A stretch of DNA of 32,000 nucleotides from Candidatus Saccharimonadota bacterium (GTDB lineage Bacteria > Patescibacteriota > Saccharimonadia > Saccharimonadales > Saccharimonadaceae): positions 510,001 to 542,000 of the forward strand of contig CP064995.1 in assembly GCA_016700015.1 (NCBI GenBank), read 5' to 3'. The notes under the pieces were generated by a model. It was not told where the DNA came from and ran no database searches. It saw only the letters and a program-made list of their open reading frames with translations. The position numbers were made by a program, and so were the translations under genes. Shown here piece by piece: positions 6,413-13,919 of the stretch. How positions within the stretch are numbered: position 1 is the first letter of the stretch; every line of letters starts with the position of its first letter.

Positions 6413-6859
6413 ATGACCGTCGTCAAAATCGTCGTCAAGAGGTGCTGGCTAGACTGGGCGTGGGTAATCGCCACGTTCATCGGCTGGGAACTCAGTGTGC
6501 GCTACGCTGAACAGCTGCTTGGTGGCAGCAGTGTGGCCGGCTTCATCGCAGATGCCATACTGTACACCACCTGCGTGGTGCGTGGCGTGATCGCACTCGA
6601 TCGCACCATGTTTGCGATCGTCTACGAACCACGCCAGCTGACCGTCACGGTGACGGGCAGTAAGCTTGCCACCAAGGGCAGTAGGGTGAGCTACGAGTAC
6701 CACTTTGATGGTGGCGTCGTACGAGCACCAGCGATTTCGACCGATCGTGCCTACCCGGGTGACACCGTGTCATTCTGGTACCGGCCGATCGACTTGATCG
6801 AGGGCCTCAAGGTCACCATTTACGCCCGCGCCTGGGGACATGCAGTCACCAGTGGTTAA
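6413..6859 (+). CDS. Hypothetical membrane protein (2 TM plus DUF3592-like C-domain), GC-rich cassette
   Basis: AAAGGAG sits 7 nt upstream of the ATG. The C-domain SRVSYEYHFDGGVVRAPAISTDRAYPGDTVSFWYRPIDL matches my memory of the DUF3592 pattern (Y-x-Y-x-x-x-G ... G-D-x-V-x-h-x-Y-x-P). Confidence 0.7.
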   Translation: MTVVKIVVKRCWLDWAWVIATFIGWELSVRYAEQLLGGSSVAGFIADAILYTTCVVRGVIALDRTMFAIVYEPRQLTVTVTGSKLATKGSRVSYEYHFDGGVVRAPAISTDRAYPGDTVSFWYRPIDLIEGLKVTIYARAWGHAVTSG

Positions 6860-6872
6860 TACCAGGCTCTTT

Positions 6873-6919
6873 CGCCGCTCCAATCCCGCACATGTGGGCG
6901 AGGAGCGGCGCTTCATTTT
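6873..6919 (+). terminator. Intrinsic terminator of gene 6413-6859
   Basis: CGCCGCTCC (6873-6881) pairs with GGAGCGGCG (6902-6910), with inner pairing CCCGCACA/TGTGGGCG. It is followed by CTTCATTTT. Confidence 0.65.
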
Positions 6920-6923
6920 GCGC

Positions 6924-6929
6924 TATACT
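6924..6929 (+). promoter_or_regulatory. -10 box (TATACT) for the exonuclease gene, leaderless configuration
   Basis: TATACT ends 6 nt before the ATG at 6936. There is no SD. Confidence 0.4.
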
Positions 6930-6935
6930 AGCTAT

Positions 6936-7856
6936 ATGAAACTTTATTCGTGGAATGTTAATGGTATTAGGGCCGTGCTGAGCAAAGGCTTGCTGCAGCA
7001 ATTCATCGCCGAACATGACCCCGACATACTATGCCTACAAGAAACCAAAGCCGAGCGCGGGCAGTTTGAGATTGATTTTCCCCAGTACCACGAGCATTTT
7101 TTCAGCGCCGTCAAGAAAGGCTACTCTGGCACAGCAATTTTCTCCAAGGCAAAACCGCTCAGATATATCGATGGCTTCCCAGATGAAATTATCAAAAAAT
7201 TTGGTGTGACCGGCGATAGCTACGGCGACCCAAATGCCGAAGGGCGCGTGATAGCCGCTGAGTTTGCCGACTACTGGGTGGTAACCTGCTATACACCAAA
7301 CTCAAAAGGCGACTTGTCGCGGCTTAGCCTGCGCTATGACAAGTGGGACAGGGCAGTCCTGGCGTATTTGCAGCAGCTCGAAAACGGATCATTTCTCGCA
7401 AAACTTCAAGAAAGTGCTGGCTTAGATGAAGTGCAAGGCGCAGCCGAGAAACGGACTGAGCCGTATTTGACATACGGCTCAGGAGTATCGCAGACGGCAA
7501 CGCAGCAATTCGCTAAGCCAGTACTGTATTGTGGTGATATGAACGTGGCGCACCAAGAAATCGACCTAGCAAACCCAAAACCAAATGTCGGCAAGCACGG
7601 GTTTACCAACGAGGAGCGCGAACGCTTTCAAGATTACTTGGACGCCGGTTTCGTCGATACCTTTCGTGCCGCCCATCCCGACAAAACCGAAGCCTACACC
7701 TGGTGGACACACTGGGCCAATGCCCGGGCACGCAATGTTGGCTGGCGGATTGATTATTGGCTGGCCAGCAAAACTATTGCGCCAAAGGTCAAAAACCCAC
7801 AAATTCACGCCACCGTCATGGGTAGCGACCACTGCCCGGTGAGTATAGAGCTATGA
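6936..7856 (+). CDS. xth: Exodeoxyribonuclease III / AP endonuclease (ExoA/Xth family) with an internal ~44-aa insertion
   Basis: Trimmed to MKLYSWNVNGIRA. Other family motifs seen are ILCLQETK, GYSGTAIFSK, CGDMNVAHQEIDL, WRIDYWL and GSDHCPV. Residues ~150-193 (nt 7383-7514) have no counterpart in the canonical ~250-270-aa enzymes as I remember them. Confidence 0.9.
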   Translation: MKLYSWNVNGIRAVLSKGLLQQFIAEHDPDILCLQETKAERGQFEIDFPQYHEHFFSAVKKGYSGTAIFSKAKPLRYIDGFPDEIIKKFGVTGDSYGDPNAEGRVIAAEFADYWVVTCYTPNSKGDLSRLSLRYDKWDRAVLAYLQQLENGSFLAKLQESAGLDEVQGAAEKRTEPYLTYGSGVSQTATQQFAKPVLYCGDMNVAHQEIDLANPKPNVGKHGFTNEERERFQDYLDAGFVDTFRAAHPDKTEAYTWWTHWANARARNVGWRIDYWLASKTIAPKVKNPQIHATVMGSDHCPVSIEL

Positions 7857-7868
7857 TATGATAAATTC

Positions 7869-8003
7869 ATGACGAATACGAAGCTCGACACCTACGCCGC
7901 CGAAATGGCCGCGATGCAACACAAGATCGACCGACTTGAACGCATGATTGACTACCTGGCAAAAAAGGCTGGCGTTAGCCGCGCCGTACTAGAATCCCTC
8001 TAA
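7869..8003 (+). CDS. Possible small ORF (44 aa, helical/coiled-coil-like)
   Basis: Not in the track. The translation is MTNTKLDTYAAEMAAMQHKIDRLERMIDYLAKKAGVSRAVLESL with stop TAA at 8001-8003. It starts 12 nt after the xth stop. No clear SD, so this is speculative. Confidence 0.3.
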   Translation: MTNTKLDTYAAEMAAMQHKIDRLERMIDYLAKKAGVSRAVLESL

Positions 8004-8030
8004 GCCCCACGGCGTACATCATCACTCAAT

Positions 8031-8059
8031 TAGACATGCTTTGTTAAGTGTGATATAAT
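8031..8059 (+). promoter_or_regulatory. Promoter for HAD gene, leaderless configuration
   Basis: TAGACA (8031-8036), 17 nt, then TGaTATAAT (-10 at 8054-8059). The -10 ends 8 nt before the ATG at 8068. Confidence 0.55.
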
Positions 8060-8067
8060 ATGTTGTA

Positions 8068-8799
8068 ATGACTACGCAAAAATTCGCAGCTTTTGATATT
8101 GACGGAACGCTCTTTCGGAGCGGTCTTTACCGTGAAGTCAGTTACGAACTGACCAAAATGGGCAAAGTCCCCAAGGAAATATCTGAAGCACTTACAGTCA
8201 AACACCGCGAATATCGTGACCGCCTGCACGGCAATGCATTTGAAGAGTTCGAGCGCGTACTCGTTAGTGAATTTGATGCCCTCACAACACACATAAAAGT
8301 AGCTGACTACGACGAAGCTGTGGCGAGGGTGCTGAGCAAAAAAGCTGAAAACGTGTACGTTTACACCCGCGACCTCATACGCAAGCTCAAAGACGAAGGC
8401 TATTTTCTTATCGCGATTAGCGGCTCCCAGATCGAGCTTGTCGAGCCATTTGCCATTAAATACGGCTTTGACGCATGGGTGGGGCAGCAGTGGGAACGCG
8501 GTGATGAATTTTTTACCGGCGCCATTGTCAAAACTCACACCGGCAAGGATACAATCCTCAAGCGGATGATGAAAGAGCATAATCTGACGCTAACAGACAG
8601 CATCGCTGTCGGCGATAGCAATGGCGATGTCGGCATGCTCGGAATGGTTGATCGCCCTATTGCATTTAACCCAACATTCGAACTCTATGACACGGCAATT
8701 GAACGGGGGTGGGATATCGTAATCGAGCGCAAAAACATCATCTATACTCTTGCTAAACAACATGGCAAATACGTGTTGGCCAGCGCTCAACCACATTAA
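8068..8799 (+). CDS. HAD-superfamily hydrolase (subfamily IB, phosphoserine-phosphatase-like)
   Basis: Motif I FDIDGTLF, motif II ISGS, and motif IV GDSNGDVGML, with a cap domain between motifs I and II. Confidence 0.85.
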   Translation: MTTQKFAAFDIDGTLFRSGLYREVSYELTKMGKVPKEISEALTVKHREYRDRLHGNAFEEFERVLVSEFDALTTHIKVADYDEAVARVLSKKAENVYVYTRDLIRKLKDEGYFLIAISGSQIELVEPFAIKYGFDAWVGQQWERGDEFFTGAIVKTHTGKDTILKRMMKEHNLTLTDSIAVGDSNGDVGMLGMVDRPIAFNPTFELYDTAIERGWDIVIERKNIIYTLAKQHGKYVLASAQPH

Positions 8800-8855
8800 C
8801 ATCTGTCAAGAGTTCATAAAAGTACTCACTCATTACATATGACATCAGCCAACTA

Positions 8856-8884
8856 TTGACTTTATTTATAATTTGTACTATAAT
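8856..8884 (+). promoter_or_regulatory. Consensus-like promoter for lipoprotein gene 8936
   Basis: TTGACT (8856-8861), 17 nt, then TATAAT (8879-8884). A second TATAAT lies in the spacer (8867-8872). Confidence 0.6.
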
Positions 8885-8935
8885 ACTATTTAGGACATGG
8901 AGCAACCGTTCCGTGCGCACCAAGTGGAAGAGAGT

Positions 8936-9196
8936 ATGGTAATGCGTCGTCGTATCGCAATGATCCCTGTCGTTTTCGTCGCTACCCTTGGCAGCCTGGC
9001 CGCCTGCGCCACCGGGAGTGGTACGCCCAGCTCGCCTGTCACCGCCAACCCGGATTACGTCAGCTGGCGCACATTCGATGTCAACGGCACGCCACTTTTG
9101 TGCGCGTACTACGACCGCGGCATCAGCTGCGACTGGGTCGACTATCACCTCAGGAACGGTGATCTGGCGCGGCCCAGCTCGACCGCCAAGCCGTAA
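8936..9196 (+). CDS. Small lipoprotein with one copy of the Cys-pair module (paralogous to the repeats in 2318-2830)
   Basis: Trimmed to MVMRRRIAMIPVVFVATLGSLAAC (lipobox); an alternative ATG is at 8942. The module WRTFDVNGTPLLCAYYDRGISCDW matches the G-T-P-C-A-x-x-D ... C-D-W pattern of the 2318 protein. Confidence 0.7.
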   Translation: MVMRRRIAMIPVVFVATLGSLAACATGSGTPSSPVTANPDYVSWRTFDVNGTPLLCAYYDRGISCDWVDYHLRNGDLARPSSTAKP

Positions 9197-9209
9197 TCCT
9201 TCACCCCGA

Positions 9210-9252
9210 CCCCGCGCCTCCCACACCCGGGAGGCGCGGGGTCGCTTCATTT
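9210..9252 (+). terminator. Intrinsic terminator of gene 8936-9196
   Basis: CCCCGCGCCTCC (9210-9221) pairs with GGAGGCGCGGGG (9230-9241) in a perfect 12-bp stem, followed by TCGCTTCATTT. Confidence 0.7.
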
Positions 9253-9318
9253 GGTGTTACAATAAACGCTAGAGCGCGCTCCCGCTAGAGTAATGAGCGC
9301 ATAACCTAGGAGATTACA

Positions 9319-9810
9319 GTGACAAATCGTCGCACCAAAAGCACGCTGCTCTATTTGCGGCGCAACAATGAAATTTTACTAGCGATGAAAAAGCGCAGCC
9401 ACGGCAAGGGGAAGTGGAACGGCGTCGGCGGCAAGCCTGAACCAGGCGAAGCCCTGCGTGACACTGCGATTCGCGAATGCTACGAAGAAATTGGTGTACG
9501 GGCGACTGCGCTCATAAAAGTCGCCGACCTGGCGTTCTACCAAGAACCGTTTGTCGATATGTATTCAAACATGGACGTCGAAGTGTACGAGTGCACCAAG
9601 TGGCAGGGCGAACCAACAGAAAGCGACGAAATGGCACCATGCTGGTTTACGACCAGTGATATACCTTACGACGACATGTGGCCTGACGATCAGTACTGGC
9701 TACCAGAAGTTTTGGCAGGTAACTACGTTGCGGCAGAATTCGTATTCGACAACCAGTACAAAATGATCAAACACCACCTTTCGGCATCGCCGCGCACCGA
9801 ACCTCATTAA
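9319..9810 (+). CDS. Nudix hydrolase (MutT-like)
   Basis: Nudix box GGKPEPGEALRDTAIRECYEEIGV (G-x5-E-x7-REUxEExGU). GTG start with AGGAG at 9308-9312. Confidence 0.88.
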   Translation: MTNRRTKSTLLYLRRNNEILLAMKKRSHGKGKWNGVGGKPEPGEALRDTAIRECYEEIGVRATALIKVADLAFYQEPFVDMYSNMDVEVYECTKWQGEPTESDEMAPCWFTTSDIPYDDMWPDDQYWLPEVLAGNYVAAEFVFDNQYKMIKHHLSASPRTEPH

Positions 9811-10829
9811 TACGCAACTTGCTGACTCGGACTGGCCTGCCATGTAGTGGGTCGACGATTCCGTACTGTGCGCAGCACCCGGTGGCGGCTATACAGTGCT
9901 CGAAATGACACCGTATGCAGCCCAAGTGTCACCTTTGAACCAGCGTCGATCTTTTCTGCGTCGCCATCAGTATGTAGATAGGTTTCTTGGAGCGGTATTA
10001 GCTGTTTTACCTGACCCGGCTGCACAACTGTATGCTCTGGTGGCGGTAACCAGGGCTGCGACATGAGGCGCACGATATACGGAACAACTTCAAGCGGTGA
10101 GCGACTGTGTAGCTCTGTATAGAATGCCTTGTGGTCGGCAAGCTCGACAGGAGGGTGTAAATACTGAGCTACCACGCCGCTATTAGCAATCGTGGCATCA
10201 AGAAGCGAATACACCTCACCGTGGCATTCCACTGGAAAAGTTTGTACATTTTTTAGCGTCCAGGGTAGTGTACTAAGACCATATATGTCGCGCACCCACG
10301 AAACATCATAACCAGGCCGACCACGAAAACTAGGCGATGCTATGTAGTGAGCGGTCGTCGCCATCGCTCCTATACCACTGTAAAGCGCACTCAATCGCTC
10401 AATCCTCCGCCCCTCGTATTCATAGGTTGTGCGTAGCGGCACGATGTCGACCATCGGCGCTTCTTTAATAATTTTCGACGGCTGCGCTAACATATGACCA
10501 CCGTGCAGCTGATTCGCCAGGTCATTACGATAGCCGCCCGGCAGGGGTAATAAGGTAGCATGATGAGCTGCTACCGTAGGGTCGGCCAGTGCTTCTACCG
10601 CAGTACGAGCCGTGCCGTCGCCGCCCGCCGTCACTACTACATCGCCGTAGCGCAGCGCGGCTTTTAACATTTGCGTCGTATCAGAAGGAGACGGGTAAGT
10701 TGCAAGTTCAATTACCCGGCTTCCAAAGTTCTCACGAATATCATCAATTTGCACCCCGACTGTTTCGCTGCGCGTGCTCACGGGGTTGGCAAGCACCACC
10801 ACTCGTTCAAAAGAATTCTTACTTGTCAC
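9807..10829 (-). CDS. Diacylglycerol/lipid kinase family protein (YegS/BmrU-like)
   Basis: The GGDGT motif (VVTAGGDGTARTAV) is preceded by a Rossmann-like N-terminus (VVVLANPVS). GTG start at 10827-10829. Confidence 0.8.
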   Translation of the reverse strand: MTSKNSFERVVVLANPVSTRSETVGVQIDDIRENFGSRVIELATYPSPSDTTQMLKAALRYGDVVVTAGGDGTARTAVEALADPTVAAHHATLLPLPGGYRNDLANQLHGGHMLAQPSKIIKEAPMVDIVPLRTTYEYEGRRIERLSALYSGIGAMATTAHYIASPSFRGRPGYDVSWVRDIYGLSTLPWTLKNVQTFPVECHGEVYSLLDATIANSGVVAQYLHPPVELADHKAFYTELHSRSPLEVVPYIVRLMSQPWLPPPEHTVVQPGQVKQLIPLQETYLHTDGDAEKIDAGSKVTLGLHTVSFRALYSRHRVLRTVRNRRPTTWQASPSQQVAY

Positions 10830-10835
10830 GTTAAC

Positions 10836-10857
10836 CTAGTATACACCTGTATACTAG
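10836..10857. promoter_or_regulatory. Divergent pair of TATACT -10 boxes embedded in an inverted repeat (CTAGTATA-CACCTG-TATACTAG)
   Basis: The plus-strand TATACT (10850-10855) ends 6 nt before the ATG at 10862. The minus-strand TATACT (10843-10838) ends 8 nt before the GTG at 10829. The whole intergenic region is only 32 bp. Confidence 0.5.
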
Positions 10858-10861
10858 AGCT

Positions 10862-11668
10862 ATGGATATGAGCTATTGGAAGCAGCAAGCACCAGATAAG
10901 CCGCTGTTTCCCGACATAGAGTGGAGCAAGCCCGAACAGCGCTCCCAGCGCGGCAAGCTTGGCATTATTGGCGGCAACAAGCTTGGTTTTGCAGGGGTGG
11001 CCGAAAGTTACGCAACTGCGCTGGCCACCGGAGCAGGTGAAGTCCGCGTACTCTTGCCTGATGTGCTACGCAAGGCTATTCCGGCTAGCATGACCGACGT
11101 CGTGTTTGCTGCCAGCAACCCAAGCGGCAGCCTGGCGCGTGAAGCACTCGTCGACATGCAAGCCCTGGCGCAGTGGAGTGGCGTACTACTACTGTGTGGC
11201 GACGCTGGGCACAACAGTGAAACCGCAATTGTATACGAAGACCTGCTGCGTACCTATAGCGGCCCGCTTGTGCTCACGCGCGATGCAATCGACCTGGTGA
11301 AAAACAGTAGCGAAGCCCTGGTCAACAGGCCAAACACGCTACTAGTAGTGTCGTTTGCACAGCTGCAAAAGCTGTTTCAGAGCGTCTACTATCCCAAAAT
11401 CCTCACTTTTAGCATGCAGCTACTGCAGCTGGTCGAGGCTGTCCATAAATTTACGATTACGTACCCTATTACCATCGCCGTTTTGCACCGCGACACACTG
11501 GTCGTTGCCCACGCAGGGCAAGTGACGAGCACCAAATGGGACAGCCCTATGGCCATCTGGCGCGGCACTACCGCCGCCCGCGCTGCTACTTATTGGCTCT
11601 GGACGCCCAGGCAACTACTAGAAGCGGTAAGCACCAGTCTCATTGCGTTAATATGCCATAAAATATAA
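10862..11668 (+). CDS. YjeF C-terminal-like / carbohydrate-kinase-fold protein (possible NAD(P)HX dehydratase homolog, motifs partly degenerate)
   Basis: RGKLGIIGGNKLGFAGVAESYATALATGAGEVRVLLPD resembles the N-terminal signature of YjeF_C proteins. I could not find the C-terminal GxGD nucleotide motif. Confidence 0.5.
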   Translation: MDMSYWKQQAPDKPLFPDIEWSKPEQRSQRGKLGIIGGNKLGFAGVAESYATALATGAGEVRVLLPDVLRKAIPASMTDVVFAASNPSGSLAREALVDMQALAQWSGVLLLCGDAGHNSETAIVYEDLLRTYSGPLVLTRDAIDLVKNSSEALVNRPNTLLVVSFAQLQKLFQSVYYPKILTFSMQLLQLVEAVHKFTITYPITIAVLHRDTLVVAHAGQVTSTKWDSPMAIWRGTTAARAATYWLWTPRQLLEAVSTSLIALICHKI

Positions 11669-11756
11669 TTGTTTTTTATACTATCTCGTTTACTTGTATG
11701 TCTTTTATGGTAGACTAGTGGATGGATTGTACCTTCAATTAATAGGAGTGACTGCC

Positions 11757-12464
11757 GTGGAGATTTATTGGCTTATTGGCCCTTGGCCGATCATCGGCTA
11801 TGTGGTCGCGGTGCTAACATCGTTGTTCTTCACTATAGATGCCAGCAACCGCAAAGCTTTTTTCCAGATCTTCGGGATCACGTTCATTGTGTGCGCCGTC
11901 ATTGGTAATATCGCAACAGCGCTATTTTCGTTCAACGGGCCTCAACCACGTACGGGCAGCGCCGCGGCTGCTGCTCAGAGCTTCGGTCTTGACAGTGGGC
12001 GCTCCTACCCACTAGTTATCGGTGGAATAACCGGTGGGTCATCTGGGACGGTCAGGGCGAATGCCGGGCTATTCTCGGCTCGGGCAAGCGCAGACTTGCA
12101 GCCAGCAACGGCTGTGACACTGAGCTTTACCAGCGGCAATGGCGTCGACAGTTGGATGCTTACTATCCCAACCGACAAAATCACTTTTCACCAGGACGCA
12201 TCCGCACCGGCATCGATGACGGTCATACTGACAAACGCGATGTATGGCCCGCAAGCCCGGTGGGACGACCCGATGAGTGACTGCCATTGGGGCATCTCTA
12301 ACTTGGCGATTGGGTGCGTAAAGTGGCCACTCAATCCGGAGCCACAGCTCAAGCCCGAGATCAAAAAGCTTGGTCTGCCGCCAGTCATTGCTGGTAATAT
12401 CTACCACGTCGACATTACGCTGCCGCCCGACCTGTACAACCAGGTTGCTGGTATCCGTAGCTAG
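11757..12464 (+). CDS. Hypothetical membrane protein (2 TM plus ~160-aa extracytoplasmic domain)
   Basis: GTG at 11757 is preferred, with AGGAG at 11744-11748 and 8-nt spacing. The track start at 11694 is an alternative. The two helices are IGPWPIIGYVVAVLTSLFFTI and FFQIFGITFIVCAVIGNIATALF. Confidence 0.6.
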   Translation: MEIYWLIGPWPIIGYVVAVLTSLFFTIDASNRKAFFQIFGITFIVCAVIGNIATALFSFNGPQPRTGSAAAAAQSFGLDSGRSYPLVIGGITGGSSGTVRANAGLFSARASADLQPATAVTLSFTSGNGVDSWMLTIPTDKITFHQDASAPASMTVILTNAMYGPQARWDDPMSDCHWGISNLAIGCVKWPLNPEPQLKPEIKKLGLPPVIAGNIYHVDITLPPDLYNQVAGIRS

Positions 12465-12474
12465 TGTTCGCACA

Positions 12475-12520
12475 GCCCCCGAGACCCGGGCTTTACAATA
12501 GGGTCTCTTCTTATTTGTTC
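12475..12520 (+). terminator. Weak terminator candidate
   Basis: GAGACCC (12481-12487) pairs with GGGTCTC (12501-12507) around a 13-nt loop, followed by TTCTTATTTGTT. Confidence 0.35.
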
Positions 12521-12566
12521 GACAGATTGATATAATGGGATGCGACATCACGAATAGTGTGCTGAT

Positions 12567-12653
12567 GGGCTGGTGGCGGAATTGGTAGACGCGCTAGACT
12601 CAAAATCTGGTGAGAATTATCTCGTGCGGGTTCAAGTCCCGCCCGGCCCACCA
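12567..12653 (+). tRNA. tRNA-Leu (anticodon CAA)
   Basis: Cloverleaf drawn by hand. Acceptor GGGCTGG/CCGGCCC (one G-U); D arm GCGG..AATTGGTAGA; anticodon stem CTAGA/TCTGG with loop CTCAAAA; long variable arm GAGA-ATTA-TCTC; T arm GCGGG-TTCAAGT-CCCGC; encoded CCA. Confidence 0.9.
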
Positions 12654-12737
12654 GCAAACTATTCGTACAGCACACCACCTGTTACCGCATAGGCTTTATC
12701 AGACGACTGCTGTATACTAGACAGCAGATACAATACT

Positions 12738-13919
12738 ATGCGCCCAGATGATAACCGACCAACAACGCCAATAGTGGTACCGCCGCGTCAGTCGACCAAC
12801 GGTACTGTTGATGAGCGCGGAGCGAATGAAGCCGCGGCCAATATCGTGCGCGGACAGATCGACGCGCTGTACGGCGGTGATATCACCCACAATAAGCAGC
12901 CTGGCGAAAATCTCCAGCTCGAAAACCAAGATATCGGCGTCACCAGCACCTACCAGCGTACTCACGATGAGGGGCAGCACGAAATTCAGGTGAGCGCTTG
13001 GCAAAAGTACCATTCTGCGTGGCAAAGCTACTATCAGCAGTATTATGAGCGATACTACGTTGGGCAAGTGCACGAGGCTAAGCAGTCACTTGAAGCAGGA
13101 GCCAAACAGCGCAGCGAATCAATCAGTACCGACGAAGCCATGGATGACCTGCGTTCAAAACTGCGCCAAAAGCTATCGTCACGGGCCGCTACGGTACGCA
13201 AAAGTCGACATTTTATCCCCACACTTGCGGCAATTGTTGTCATGTTAGTGTTTTTATTCTTGCAGTACAACCGCGTGCTCTTTGCCAGTGTCGAGGCTTA
13301 TGTCACACCCGGTAACATGGATCCATCAACACTCATTGTTGATCCGAGCACTAGAGTTGCCGTAGGGGTAGATCCGCGACTCATTGTGCCGAAGATTAAT
13401 GTCAATGTGCCGATTGTTTGGGACGCAATCGCAAGTGATCAGAACTCACTCAATAACGCCATGAACAAAGGTGTCGCTTGGTTCAATATGCAGGGCGCAA
13501 GCGCCAGACCGGGCCAGGTTGGCAACTTCGTCGTATCGGGCCACAGCAGTAACGATTGGCTCGATAATGGCGATTACAAATTTATTTTTGCCCGTCTCGA
13601 ACAGATCGGAGAAGGTGACGTAATTTACGTAAACTACAACAGTACTCGCTACACCTACACCGTCACCCACACCAAAGTTGTGAAGCCAACCGATGTTGCA
13701 GCCCTTGTCGAACCGACAACAAAGCCGCTCATCACACTTATTACCTGTGTGCCGCTCGGCACAGCCAACAACCGCCTACTGGTCTTTGGTGAACAAGTCA
13801 GCCCTGACCCTTCCACTGCCGCTACCTCTACGCCGCCCTCTACCGCTACCAGTACCGCCACTAAAATGCCGTCCAATTCGCCAACATTCCTACAGCGCAT
13901 CTTCGGCATTGGCAACTAG
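12738..13919 (+). CDS. Sortase family transpeptidase with ~165-aa cytoplasmic N-terminal extension
   Basis: His motif VVSGHS, catalytic LITLITCVP (TLxTC) and a downstream Arg (NRLLVFG). A single TM (FIPTLAAIVVMLVFLFLQY) sits after a Tyr/Gln-rich N-region (QKYHSAWQSYYQQYYERYY). The tail is Ser/Thr/Pro-rich. Confidence 0.85.
   Translation: MRPDDNRPTTPIVVPPRQSTNGTVDERGANEAAANIVRGQIDALYGGDITHNKQPGENLQLENQDIGVTSTYQRTHDEGQHEIQVSAWQKYHSAWQSYYQQYYERYYVGQVHEAKQSLEAGAKQRSESISTDEAMDDLRSKLRQKLSSRAATVRKSRHFIPTLAAIVVMLVFLFLQYNRVLFASVEAYVTPGNMDPSTLIVDPSTRVAVGVDPRLIVPKINVNVPIVWDAIASDQNSLNNAMNKGVAWFNMQGASARPGQVGNFVVSGHSSNDWLDNGDYKFIFARLEQIGEGDVIYVNYNSTRYTYTVTHTKVVKPTDVAALVEPTTKPLITLITCVPLGTANNRLLVFGEQVSPDPSTAATSTPPSTATSTATKMPSNSPTFLQRIFGIGN

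Noticed and set aside
8044-8580. 178-aa minus-strand ORF
   Set aside because: It is entirely antisense to the HAD hydrolase gene, which has all HAD motifs. No start context.
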